From contig JARFYF010000001.1 of the NCBI GenBank assembly GCA_030265395.1, positions 30,718,978 to 30,782,977 on the forward strand: a DNA stretch of 64,000 nucleotides, read 5' to 3'. This document shows positions 51,856 to 63,847 of the stretch, piece after piece. The stretch is from Rhina ancylostomus (Eukaryota). Position 1 is the stretch's first letter; each line of letters begins with the position of its first letter. Under the pieces are notes generated by a model. It saw nothing but the letters and a program-made list of their open reading frames with translations, made no database searches and had not been told where the DNA came from. Both the position numbers and the translations under genes were made by a program.

Positions 51856-52458
51856 AATCAGATCGACAACGTGGTGTCAACCTTGGTACAACATTCAGAC
51901 ACAGTAAAATCACTCCTAGCTCATTTGACCCGGAAAAGTTGCTGTCACAACATCTGGGGGCCAGTATCTAATTGAGAGAATTGCCCACAGATGTGTCAAG
52001 CAATGGGCTGACATAGAATCCTTCCCCTCAGGCAGTGTACCAGCCTCCTTTATCAGAATCCAAGGATACATCTTGTTCCACTGGCATGACAGACCCACAA
52101 GAGGTGGTGGCACATTAGTATACAGAAGGGACGGGCTTGCCCCTGGAATTATCATCATTGAATTCAGACCCCATGAAGTTTCATGGCATCAGGTCAAAGG
52201 GCAAGGAAGCCTCCTCCTAATTACCACCGACAGCATCAACCCAGATAAATGAGGAGTGCAGCTGGGCATGCCAGGAGCAGCACCAGACTTGACTAAAAAT
52301 GCTGTCGTGTGAAGCTGCAATTCAGAGCTGAATGCATGTGAAACATCAAAAACAACATGCAATAGAGAGAGATAAAAACTCTCATAACCAACAGACTTAA
52401 TTGTAGCTCAGCAATCCTACTACATCTATGATGAACGGTGGTGAAAATTAAACAGGTA

Positions 52459-53163
52459 TGGAATTGGAATTGGTTTATTATTGTCACCTGTACCAAGGTA
52501 CAGTGAAAAACTTGTCTTGCATACTGTTCATACAGATCAAATTCATTACATAGTGCATTGAGGTAGTACAAGGTAAAACAATACAGAATGCAGAGTGAAG
52601 TGTCACAGCTACAGAGAAAGTGCAGTGCAGGTCGAAAATAAGGTGCAAGGTCATAGCAAGGCAGATTCTGAGGTCAAGACTCCATCTTATTGTACTAGGG
52701 AACTGTTTAATAGTCATAATACTGGGGTAGAAGCTGTCCTTGAGCATGTCGTACATGCTTTAAGGCTTTTGTATCTTCTACCTGATGGGGGAGGGAAGAA
52801 GATAGAATGTCCAGAGTGGGTAGGGTCTTTGATTATGCTGGCTACTTTACCAAGGCGGCAAGAAGTGCAGATGGAGTCCATGGAGGGGAGGCTAGTTTCC
52901 ATGATGTGCTGAGCTGTGTCCATAACTCCCTGCAGTTTCTTGCAATCCCAGGCAGAGTAGTTGCCATACTAAGCTGTGATGCATCCAGATAGAATGCTTT
53001 CCATGGTGCATCGATAAAAATTGCTAAGTGTCAAAGGGGACATGCCAAATTTCTTTAGCCTCCTGAGGAAGTAGACACACTGGTGAGCTTTCCTGGCCAT
53101 GGCATCTACATGGTTGGACCAGGACAGGCTATTGGTGACGTTCACTCCTCAGAACTTGAAGCT
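52459..53163 (-). mobile_element. Rex1/Babar-like LINE 3' portion
   Basis: Reverse complement of the 23190-23957 family; ORF 52714-52923 (IIKDPTHSGHSIFFPPPSGRRYKSLKA). Confidence 0.88.
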
Positions 53164-53511
53164 CCTAATGTCAGGAAGCAGCTTTAGGAACATCCCCAGA
53201 CTCAGGGACAGTTTGGTCCAGCATTTAAGTGCTAAAGGAAGGGCTGCAGTATTTGCAACGATGTTCAGCCAGAAGTGCTGATTAAATGATCCATCTCGAC
53301 TTCCTCCGGGGATCCCAACTGTTACAGAAACCAGTCTCCAGCCAATTCAATTCACTCCACATGATATCAAGACATGGTTGAGAATGCAGTTAGTTAATGT
53401 CCAGTCTACCCCCAATCATAAAGAAAGCGATGGAAGATGTCATCAACCATACTATCAAGCAGACATCACTCACCAATAACTTATACTAGATACTAATAGT
53501 AGTTACTTATA

Positions 53512-53817
53512 CTAATACTAGAGGGCATGCATTTAATGTGAGGGGGGTAAGATTAAAGGAGGTGTGTGGGGCAAGATTTTTTACGTAGAGAGGCGTGGGT
53601 GCCTGGAATGAGCTGCCAGGGTGGTAGTGGAGACAAATACAATAAAGGCATTTAAGAGGCTCTTAGGTAGGCAGACAAATGTTCTGGGAATGGAGGGATA
53701 TGGATATTGTGCAAGCAGAAGGGATTGGTTCAGTTAGGCATTTAATTATTAATTTAATTAGTTTGGGACCACATTGTGGGCCAAAGGGCCTGTTTCTGCA
53801 CTGTACTGTTCTATGTT
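53512..53817 (+). mobile_element. 5'-truncated CR1 with 9-bp TSD
   Basis: AATAACTTA at 53475-53483 and 53818-53826; tail ctgtactgttctatgtt. Confidence 0.85.
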
Positions 53818-55204
53818 AATAACTTACTCACTGACATATAGTTTGGGTTTCACCAAGGCCACTGAGCTCCAGACCTCATCATTACCTTGGTCCAAACATG
53901 GATGAAAGAGCTAGTATTCAGCAATGATGTGAGAGTTACTAACCTTGCTATCAAGGCAGAATTTGAGTTACCCATCAAAACACCCTGGTAAAACTGAAGT
54001 CAACAAGCACCAAAGAGAAAACACTCCAGTGGGGTCAGAGTCACATTTCACACAAAGGAAGGTAGTAGTGGCTCCAGGAACTCAATGACCCCAGGCCCAG
54101 ATTATTGTGGCAGGAACTCCCCAGGGCAGTGTTCTAGGTCTATCTATTTTCAATTGCTTCAACAGAAATGCTTCAAGCTGGATTCAAGGAAATATGGTTC
54201 ATAGGCTAAAGATCCAAGGCCTAAGATGAGGATGCAAAATGTTCCCCCATCCAGTCTGGTTCCAATAAGGAGTAACGATTCCCAAAGTTAAAACATGACC
54301 ATAAAATAAAATTGGATCATTGGAAAAATTGCAAATAATATTACAATACTTATAAGAGACTGAAAGAACACTGAATTTAATCTAGGCTGTCATACACCTC
54401 TGAAGAGTCAGTAAAAGAAAATAGGTAATATATCATCCATAATAATTATTGAACTATTGTTGAGGGTACTGTAGAAATTTTATGGAGCTAAGTAATAAAG
54501 AATGATGGATATTTAGTCAAAATAAACACTACAGCAGGTGTCTGGAAAGGCTGTAATCAATGATGCTCTGAGGAAAGATATTAATCATATTTCCATAAGT
54601 AACTAAAATCACATAAGGAGTAAATTCCATTTTCCCTGTTAATCATGGGATTGCATCCTGTAACTGTAAACAAGCAGGAATTCCCCTGTGAGATGCTCAT
54701 GTAGAACCGTAGTAATAAACTTTGCACCACCATTGCAATTGATAACTACAACGTACATGGATATGGAGTAGACTGCTCTGTGTATTGTGAGCTCCCCACA
54801 TTGATTATTTGTGCTGTATTCCTAGGCACTTTAAATTTCATGCACCAAATATTGCTTGACGTTCTCAATGCTGTACCAACTGTTGACTAAGTTGGCTGAT
54901 ATTATTAAAGACAATTTGAAAGATATCTATTGTTTTGAAGTTCAAGCCAATGATGAATTTCAATGTCACAACCAAAGTAGTTCACATTGGCCTAAATGTC
55001 ACAGGTTGCACTGCATGGAATGGAAATATTCCAAGCTTGCTTGCTTGATAGAATGTAGGTACTAAAAGCAAATCTCCAAAAATAAGTCTAAGTATTCCCT
55101 AAGGCTCCATGGGATCTCTTCTTAGACAATGATGACTGAGTAGAGTCCATTTCAAAAGGCAATACCAATGTGCTTTGTTGCTTAAAAATAGCAGCAATAC
55201 TGTG

Positions 55205-56220
55205 GAGGTAAAATTCATGGATATTTTTCAAGTGATCATTGTGTTGAGGAACTAGCTATAGAACAAGTTATTTTAGATCAACAAGCGTGCAAGGCAAAAT
55301 GGTTAATTAATAATCTTGTAGTAAAAGGACCTTTAGAGAAATGTGATAGTAATAAGTTAGAATTTTATATTCAGATTGAAAGTGAATGAGATCAATTCAA
55401 AACTGGAGTCTCAGATCTGAACAAAGCAAACTGCAGAGATTTGAGATGTGAGTTGGCTATGGAAGATTAGGAAATTACATAACAGGTATGACAGTTGGCA
55501 TTGGTTAACATTTAAAGAATTAATAATTGGTTAACAACAAATATATATCCCCTTAAGGCACAAAAACCCAACAGGCAAAGGGACCTAGCTATGTACTAAT
55601 AAGGGAAATTAAAGATAAACTTAGATCAAAGGAAAAGACTTATAAACTTGCCAAAATAACAGTAGGCCTGAGGATTGGGAACCTTTCAGATTTCATCAAA
55701 GGAGGTGCAAGAAATTGAAAGTAAAAATAAAATACAAGAGAAATGTAGCAAAAAATATGCAGAGACTGCAAAAGCCTCTATAGACCTATGTAAAAAGGAA
55801 AAGACTACCAAAAGTTGATGCAAGTCCCTTACAGGCCAATACAGGTGAAATTATATTGAGGAATAAGGAAATGGCTGAGAAATTAAACAAATGTTTTGTT
55901 TCTTTCTTCAAAGACAAAGATATAGAATACTTCCCAGAAATTATGAAGGTCAAGAGGGAATGAAACACTAAAGCAAATTAGTGTTAGTATCAAAATAGTA
56001 TACTGGAGAAATTAATTGGTCTGAGGCCAATAAACTTCCAGGATCTAGTGAACTGTATGCAAAAGATTTGAGCATGGTAGCTGTGGAGATGATGGATGCA
56101 CTAGTCATCATCTTCCAAAATTCCATTGATTTTAGAATAATTCCCACAGTTCAAGAGGTAGCAAATTGTAAGCCCACTGCTTAAGAAAAGGGATAGAAAA
56201 AGTGGAGAACCATAGTCTGG
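55205..56220 (+). mobile_element. CR1 ORF2 central region, decayed
   Basis: VVKGPLEKCD, MAEKLNKCFVSF, ALVIIFQNSID..IIP and PLLKKR segments. Confidence 0.75.
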
Positions 56221-57171
56221 ACACACCTTTAAAAAAGACCCAGACATAGTAAATCAGTTTGAAAATACAGCCTCCTTATATGGTAATAGCACAAAATTGG
56301 GGCTAAACATCACGGAATGCAGAGAAGATATTTCTTGAGGCTGCAATGAAACTCTCACATGTCAGAAATAAGGAAGATGGACAGGTAGTCCTGGTACAAC
56401 ACTTACCTGATTTTCAGAGCCTCCAATTGCAAAACCAGCGCACTGTTTTGTGAAATGCCTGAAGCATCATTGAAAAAAAATAAACTTGGTATCCAATGAT
56501 CTTCTAATTTATAACTACTAAAAGAATAATAACATTTTCAATCTAATTTTAGTAACATAGTTTACTTATAATATCAATTCCAGAAAAGAAACATACTGTC
56601 CTATTGCATTTGGAAGTGAAATCGCTNNNNNNNNNNNNNNNNNNNNNNNNNNNNNNNNNNNNNNNNNNNNNNNNNNNNNNNNNNNNNNNNNNNNNNNNNN
56701 NNNNNNNNNNNNNNNNNNNNNNNNNNATTTGGAAGTGAAATCGCTAAAACTCTTGTACAGAAAATCGCTTAAAGCAAAGCAAATGCAAAGTCATTGAACT
56801 TTTTTCAAATGAACCATCACTGTTTCATACAACAAAATTGTTCTCAAATATTTAAAGCTGCTAAACTACGTAAAATGATTGACACACTCATGTGTATCAG
56901 AAGGTATAAATTCAGAAAATGTCTCAGGGGAGAAAAGTCAGAATGAATCAATTCTTTTGCTTTTTATTCCAGCCCTAGAGATTATCTTGAATTAATACTG
57001 AAAAGTCTGCAGAGAATTTCTACAAGATTCAATGATGGACATGAGCTGACTCTGAGTAGTTACTGATCGCAAATGTAGAAGAGATACAGAGGTTTAAGTA
57101 TTTTATTTAAAATGTTTGACAACAAGGAAGAATAAATTACTGGACTAGTAATCCAGAGGTCTAGCCCAAAG

Positions 57172-57268
57172 CAGATAAGAAATAAAAACAGAAATCTGAG
57201 CAGGTCAGACAGCAACTGTGAAGAGTGAAACAGCGTTAACTTTTAAAATCAATGACCTTTCATCAATA
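57172..57268 (-). mobile_element. Penelope-like terminal repeat remnant
   Basis: aataaaaacagaaat..agcaggtcagacagca..gttaac..gacctttcatca. It sits between two halves of a SINE-like head (about 57135-57165 and 57310-57360). Confidence 0.55.
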
Positions 57269-58459
57269 AACTTCCAAGTTCTGTTTCTCGTTCAGATTGT
57301 TTTTAAAGGAGATATGAGTTCAAATCCCATATATCATTGCACCTGCGGAATATAAATTCTTTCACCCAACCCACCGTACTTGTCAAGAATCTATCTATGT
57401 TTGCCTTAGAAAATATTCACAGTCTGCTTCCAGCACTCTTTTGCATTTTACACCATCACCTAAAGCTTTATTAACCCTTGTGTTATTTTACTAATGGGAC
57501 AGTCAATATTTTGGGTCAAGGCCAACCAATATTCAGTCACTTGTCTAGAAATATGACATCATCCTTTTTGGAGTACTAAAAATGCATTGTGTACAGCACA
57601 ATTTATTGACACCTCATTGCCAATCTCAGTGTAATATGTTCTTAATTCTGTGAATCTTTAACAAAGGTCATACATTGCACCTAATTTATGCCAGTAATGA
57701 AGGAAACATGTGTCATCATTAGGTTTGTAACCAAGGCCAGGAAAACATAAGCTACACCAGGGTGAATTGCACATTGAAGTGCTTGAGCCAACATTCCAAC
57801 AGATGCGGTTTCATACAGAGATAACGGACAGCACAATCTAACTTGGGTTAAATAGTTTTTGTGCATGATTTGTGCAAGAAAAGCAGATGCTAATTGATCC
57901 AATTTTTAAGCTAGTACTTTGTAAGTTTACATGTAACAAGAAAGAAAGTTTCCAGGGATTGATACCCAAGTGTATAAATCAAATGCTTTCCCAGAGCACA
58001 GTCTTGGAGGATAAAGTGAGATCCTGTTTCCATAATCCTTAATAGAAATTTGATTTACTTGAGGCTTTCTCTCCCTGGTGGTGTGTGTTTTGTTTCAATA
58101 TACTTATAATATTCATCAGCAAGGTATGACTATGCTAACGATCAACAATGAAAAAATAATTTTGTTTTTTTACTTTTGGAGTGAACTTAAAAAGTCAATA
58201 ATATTCCTTAATGTGTTTCTAACTCATTTCAGTGTAGGACCAAAAGCATAGCTTAAAACAGTTAGAGAAATTTTGCTATCTGTTGTCCAAAACTACAGTT
58301 CACAAAGCTGAGAAGAAAGCAGGTTTTTGATCTTTGTTTTATCTTCGTATTTTTGTTATCAGTAGATCAACATTTGAAGTTGAACAACTAGACAAAATCG
58401 TATTTTGATTTCATGTAGTTTTAGAACTCATATTGTCTGATTGGCCAAGTAAAGCTAAA

Positions 58460-58541
58460 ACCTGCTTCCTGGCCTGCTGAGTTCCTCCAGTATCATCATG
58501 TTGTTCATCTAGATTCCAGCACCTGCAGTCCTTAGTTTCTC
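58460..58541 (+). mobile_element. Penelope-like terminal repeat remnant
   Basis: ctggcctgctgagttcctccagtatcatc...ctagattccagcacctgcagtcc; reverse complement of 45245-45475 without the SINE. Confidence 0.7.
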
Positions 58542-59127
58542 AAGTAAAACTTCTAATTCAATTCTCTGTGGCTTGAGAAGCAGAATTACAAAATGTAGCA
58601 ATTCATTGATTCTACTGTCATTTATATCCTCAGTAAAGAGGATTATCAAAAGTCTAAAGCTAATACTATCTGCCAATGTCCCGCTGTAACCAATTGTCAT
58701 AACAACTGAGAGAGCAGCTAAATTACATCATATTTCTTCCCTGAGACATACTGATTAAATATGCAATATAAATGCAAGTTTTTCCCAATGCCATCACTCC
58801 ATATTCAATATTGTTTTCATTTTGACAATCTATGATTAGGAATTTGCTCAGCAATGTTTCTGCTCCATTGTCATAACTCTTTCAAGTTGCTGCAATGGAG
58901 CCAGAACTTTGAAGAAGTTCACACTCATTAGCTTCAGAATTTGTTTGGAATGGCTTCTCAAAGTGATTCTACTCCATCTCATTCTACATCATGGAACTGG
59001 CTCTGTAGCTTTAGCAAGACCTTTTTTCAATGATTCTGTATTTATTTATGCAATGATTCAAATCATGAAGACATGCAGCTTAATTTCACAAAACCATTGG
59101 ACCAGATCTTGCTGGCTGATAATGGGG

Positions 59128-59660
59128 ATTGCAAATTTGATAAACACCTACTGGCTATCATACTTAATAGACACACTTTGCCAAGAGCTGTCAAAGTGAC
59201 CACAGTCCTCAGCATTTACATTCCCAAGTCATTGGAGGCATTTGCAGGGGTTTTCATTCTGCTGCTTAGAAATGTATTAGGCAAGTGATAGATGCCTAGT
59301 TTGAGATGACTGCAGTATAGATCAGCTTCATTATGGATAACGCCAACCTGAAGGAGATACCACTCTGATTTACTACTCTTGCTAGCATCCTACAGATATT
59401 GGAGAAGTTAGTGCACCTTAATGGAAGACATATCTCCAGGTGTATACAAGATGGATGAGTAGCTTCAAGATTCCTTCATTCTGCAATATTCCGTTCTCAT
59501 CGATATCATCAATCCTCCGAGCAAATTTAGGGACTGGCTACATGGAGACAAAGGCACCCTGCTTAAAGTCTGCTGTATGGCCCAGATGAGGATACAGCTA
59601 AGGAAGCACCACAACATTGCTGTAACAACTACTATAGGATCTATAATTGGTGTCTGAGCA
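59128..59660 (+). pseudogene. PIF/Harbinger DDE transposase fossil (HARBI1-like family)
   Basis: Collinear blocks HTLPRAVKVTTVLSIY; KCIRQVIDA*FEMTAV*ISFIMD; LQVYTRWMSS-QDSFILQYS; PPSKFRDWLHGDKG. Stops, frameshifts and a deletion are present. Confidence 0.8.
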
Positions 59661-61114
59661 GGCAACTTTAAGGAGCCTTATTTGATGCCCCCTACTAGTC
59701 ACGTTTAATAAATGACAACACAGACTGATATATCAATGGCACACAGCACAACTTATGAAAACAAGCATAATCATCTATTTGAAATGTATTTCCATTGATT
59801 TTCCCTTTATGATGGTGATGGTATTTATAGTGAAGGGTTAAAGAAGACATGATCTTTTAAGATCTTGCCATATGCTTAATAATTTACCATTCTTGGGTAA
59901 AGCACAATGGCTGGTGCTTACCAGCTCTCAGGTTTGGGCCACAAATGAGACTGCAGTTACGCTTCCCTACATCCTTATCAATTTTGTCCTGAGTACATTT
60001 TCTCAAAGGGCAGACTTCAAGACTTCATCACCTTATACTGTGGGACCTATTGCCTCAGGATCCTCAGAAACTATTTGCTGATTCTTTTCCTGATCATTTT
60101 TCTATCAAAAAAGAGAATTATAACTTTAAAAGCATTGGGAAAACCATTTTTGAGCTGCTGAGATGGGAATTGGCATTCCCTGACCTTAGCATAGCCTCAG
60201 CATGTCAATGTTGATAATTTGAAAACAATATTTAAATGAGCTGGCCTTGTATTATGAGGTAAGGTCATCCCCTATTCCCAGTGCAAGCACAGTACTTGAT
60301 GCACACGAGTCCTATTGTCCCTGTATTTTGAGAGATACTTGAGATTTGGATCCTCTGACACTCTGTTAGCACCCATTAGATTTGATGCTAGATTCTAGCC
60401 TGTGGGCAGTCCAAGAAATATTAAATTCACTCTTTTATACTTTTCAGATTAGGTTCTAATTGATAATTAGCATATGTTAATAAATATATTCCACATAGAC
60501 TCTAATTCATTATTCTAATATTGAGAAAAGAATTTACAAACAAGTAACTTACTTTGCAGATTATTTGCTTCAGTACTCTGTATCCTTGGTGAGAACTTCT
60601 CTGTAGTAATACATTTGGTTAGAAATACACAAACACAAATTTTCTAATTATGATTAACAATTCATTTGGAAATAATGCATCAAACAAGGACATGAATTTA
60701 CTTAAGAGGATGCAGTTATAAAACAAATACTCACTTCTTATAACCACATTATTGATGAAATGTTCCAACAGTCTTATATTTTCATAAAAGTCGGGGATTT
60801 CAAAGTCAAACAGCAGATCTCTTTCTCCTAGGTTTTCCCTCTACAATCTGAGTTTCACTCTTAATTGCTCCTGTTTGGGTTTCTTTCTCTTCTTATATTT
60901 TGTGGATGTGCTTACTGCAGATAATGTGAGTTTTGGATTTATAGTGCATTAAGCTTATTCAATTATTTATGAGTAGTTGGCCAAGAAATACCTGCATGAA
61001 ATAATGCAATATTAAAATAAGTATAGACTTGAATAAGTAAATTTTTATAAATGTAAGAGGTGAAAATTACAATTTTAATAAATATTTATAATGCATACAT
61101 AAATACTTTATTAA

Positions 61115-61505
61115 CAGCAACAAGAACTTGCATTTATATAGTGTTTTAATGTTAGAAAACATTCTAAGGCACTTCGCAAGAGTATAATCAAATAAAATTT
61201 GGCACTAATTCATGTATGGATACTATAGGGAAAGTAATTTGTAGCTTGGTCAATGTATGAGACTTTAAGGACTATCTTAGAGGAAAAGTTTAGAGAAGCA
61301 GAGTGGCAGAAAAATAGAAAGGAGGAATCCCATTGCTTAGATCTCAAAAGCACAGTCACCCAGAATTGGAGGAGTGAATAGTTGTGAGTGGTTTGTAGGA
61401 CCAGAGAACACTGTAGTGACAGGAGGCTGTGAGGCAATGAAAACAAGGATGAGAATTTTAAAATTGAGGTGCTTCCAATACAAGACACAATGTAAGTTAG
61501 TAGGT
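61115..61505 (-). mobile_element. L2-like LINE 3' end
   Basis: Tail aacaagaacttgcatttatatagtg. Minus strand encodes HLNFKILILVFIAS (L2-type ..FKIL.LVFKS). Confidence 0.65.
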
Positions 61506-62094
61506 AGAAATGTGATGGTGAAAGGAACATTGCCAGTTAGAAGAGTTAATAGCAATGATAAGGAGGATTTCAAGGTGACAGAGTAAGCAAACTGAACTTC
61601 TAGTTAAATTAAACAAATAAAGCTCTGGTGGAATGATTTGATATTATTAAATAGCAAATAAAGCAGCAAGTATACCCAGTGATTATCACACTGGCGCATT
61701 AACAAGCTATACCAAATAATGATATTATATCTGATCTTCGTCTAGGCTTCTGCACATGTGGATTTAGCCAGACTATGTTGAAATTACTAATAATCAGTAG
61801 TGCTAAGATCTGAACAATGTGCATTTCTTCAGGACCACACACTTCAGTGGAATTTCAATGGTATCACAGTTGGTCCACTGTTGTCAGTTCATTACATATT
61901 AGCAGGCATCCCAAAATGATTTTGAGTGTTTAGGAGGCACAAGTGTTGATGCAAGTATGGCAGCCATGTATAAGCGTAATTATTATGGGCTAACTCACTT
62001 CAAGTTTATAATCAGATGGTGCTGTGAGGATTATGACTGGTGGGCTGAAGGAAGAGCCATCATGATGGTAACAAGGATTTATCTGAAGCCATTT

Positions 62095-62312
62095 CCCAGT
62101 GCTGGACACAAAGGTCTATGACTTGCTCGAGCAGAGCCTCTTTGATGGAGAAAAAAATAAGCCCCCATCTTTGTGAAGGTCTGCTTCTGCTTGAGTGGCT
62201 TAGGCCATGAGTGACACATGCATGGATTGAAATCACAGAAGCAGAGTCTGTGTGTATGCTGCACACCATTAGATACCATTGTATGGATTAAAAAAAAGAA
62301 GTAAAACTGCAG
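62095..62312 (+). pseudogene. Possible second Myb/SANT-like Harbinger fossil
   Basis: VTHAWIEITEAESVCMLHTIRYHCMD*KK resembles AW.EIAE.VS......R...QC.KK. The match is short. Confidence 0.3.
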
Positions 62313-62955
62313 GCTTCATAAAACTCATAATTCACTCTTACAATGAATATTTTTTTCATTGAAACTGAATCATGTAGGTCATTGAACTTTGTGATTAGAT
62401 TTAAGGACCAAGTCAAGAAGTTATTTGACTTGGACTACACCTTGTAAGCGTTAAATCAGACAAGGCACAAAGGTCTTCACAGTTCCAAATTGCTCAGGTT
62501 GAGGCTTCTCCTTGTGATTGATGTGATTGATATGCTGCAGGCATTGTATCGGTGTGCTGCAATAAAAGTTCTACCAGGTTAACAGTCAAGGGGGAGGCAG
62601 CGTTGTGCTGAATGAAGTAAATATTCTTCAATGGTTTTGGAGATGAATCCACAGAAGCAAATTCAGAGCATTGCGCACAATCTTTGAAGGTGCTGAGAAC
62701 TTTTGCCTTGTAGATGGTGATGCATCTTTGCAAAGAGCTGAGTTCCTCACTGCAGCAGGTGTGAGCTTCCGGCATACTCTTACCAACACACGAAGCTTGT
62801 GTTTGCTAATGTCTAGATTCTCAGTGACATCCTTTTAGCTAACATGAGTCTATGAGGCTGAATAGCTCCTGTTCTGTAAATTTCCACAAATCTTATGAAC
62901 ATCATAAGCAGCATTTATGCAGATCTTCCATTACAGGGGCCAATCAACAGAAGAA

Positions 62956-63847
62956 TGTGACAGACTAGGACTATTAGTGAATGTCCATTTAAGATAGTGT
63001 GTGGGTGTGTGTGGCATGCTTACGTCAACAGAAGATAAAAGACGTCATGAAGATAAAAGACGTCATGATGTTGTAGTTGTTGTTGAAGAAGTCAGGAGAG
63101 AGAGAAAGAGAGAGAGACAGAGAGAGACACCAGCCTGCTTGTTTTCTCTCTTGATGGATGAGAAACAATAACTGTGACTGTCACTACAATCCACAGATGG
63201 ATTTTTTTTAGAGTAATCTGGTGGAGTCCACTTTGTCATTAACCTGTAGAGGAAAGCAGGTATTTTGTGTGGACGGCCATGTCACGGATGCTTTTGGGTG
63301 TGGCAGATACTTCGGAATAAAGAAGTGGAGTCCATTTTGTTGTTGACCTGTAGAAGGAAACAGGTATTTATGTGGACGGCCACAATTCAGATGCTTTGCG
63401 GGGTGAGGAAGTCACTACGGAGTAAACACTGAGGAGTCGTTTGGGTTCCATCGTGGAACATTTGGATTTTGTAATTACTCTCTATTTTCTCTCTACGTCT
63501 ACGTTTTGTCTTCAGTCAGTGGAGGTTGTTGAAAAATCCTTTACTCATATTTCACCTTATGGCTTACTGAACTGAACTTTGAAAACTGTTCCTGGACGTG
63601 GAGTTTAGGAATTTGTCACACAGACACATGACGAGCTTCGTTAGTTTTGGGGGTTAATGTTTATGGTTTAACATTTTTTTACTTCTAACATTCTAACATT
63701 TTTACTTTTACTTATTATCATAAGTAGTTATTAATAAAGTAGTTTTAACAAACTTATCTTCTGTTGACGTAAGCAAGCCACACTCCCTCTCTCCTGCCCC
63801 CCCATTAGACTATTAGACAGTCATTAATAGTAACCTAGTCCGTAACA
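62956..63847 (+). mobile_element. LTR-like element with long terminal inverted repeats
   Basis: TGTGACAGACTAGG...CCTAGTCCGTAACA. The body is homologous to 47932-48741. Segment 63009-63038 is a 29/30 inverted match to 63754-63783. AATAAA lies at about 63733. Confidence 0.8.
63221..63438 (+). repeat. Degenerate ~104-bp tandem duplication inside the LTR
   Basis: Units begin gtggagtcca at 63221 and 63325, each with acctgtaga...caggtattt...gtggacggcca...gatgcttt. Confidence 0.8.

Larger units (their letters stand above)
51290..54160 (+). mobile_element. Fragmented LINE (APE endonuclease plus RT, CR1/L2 group) with three nested insertions
   Basis: IQGYILFHWHDRPTRGGGTLVY..HEVSWHQVK.GQGSLLLITT at about 52055-52230; NIP.L....QHLSAK..A.VFATMFSQKC at about 53190-53280; *FGFHQGH.APDLI and PQGSVLG at about 53840-54140. 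Confidence 0.75.

Noticed and set aside
56608-56745. Direct repeat atttggaagtgaaatcgct flanking an N run (similarly ggtctact around 40054-40153)
   Set aside because: Same 100-N overlap artefact.
59128-59660. Domesticated host gene HARBI1
   Set aside because: Multiple stops, frameshifts and a deletion around the catalytic region indicate a dead transposon copy, so no gene symbol is assigned.
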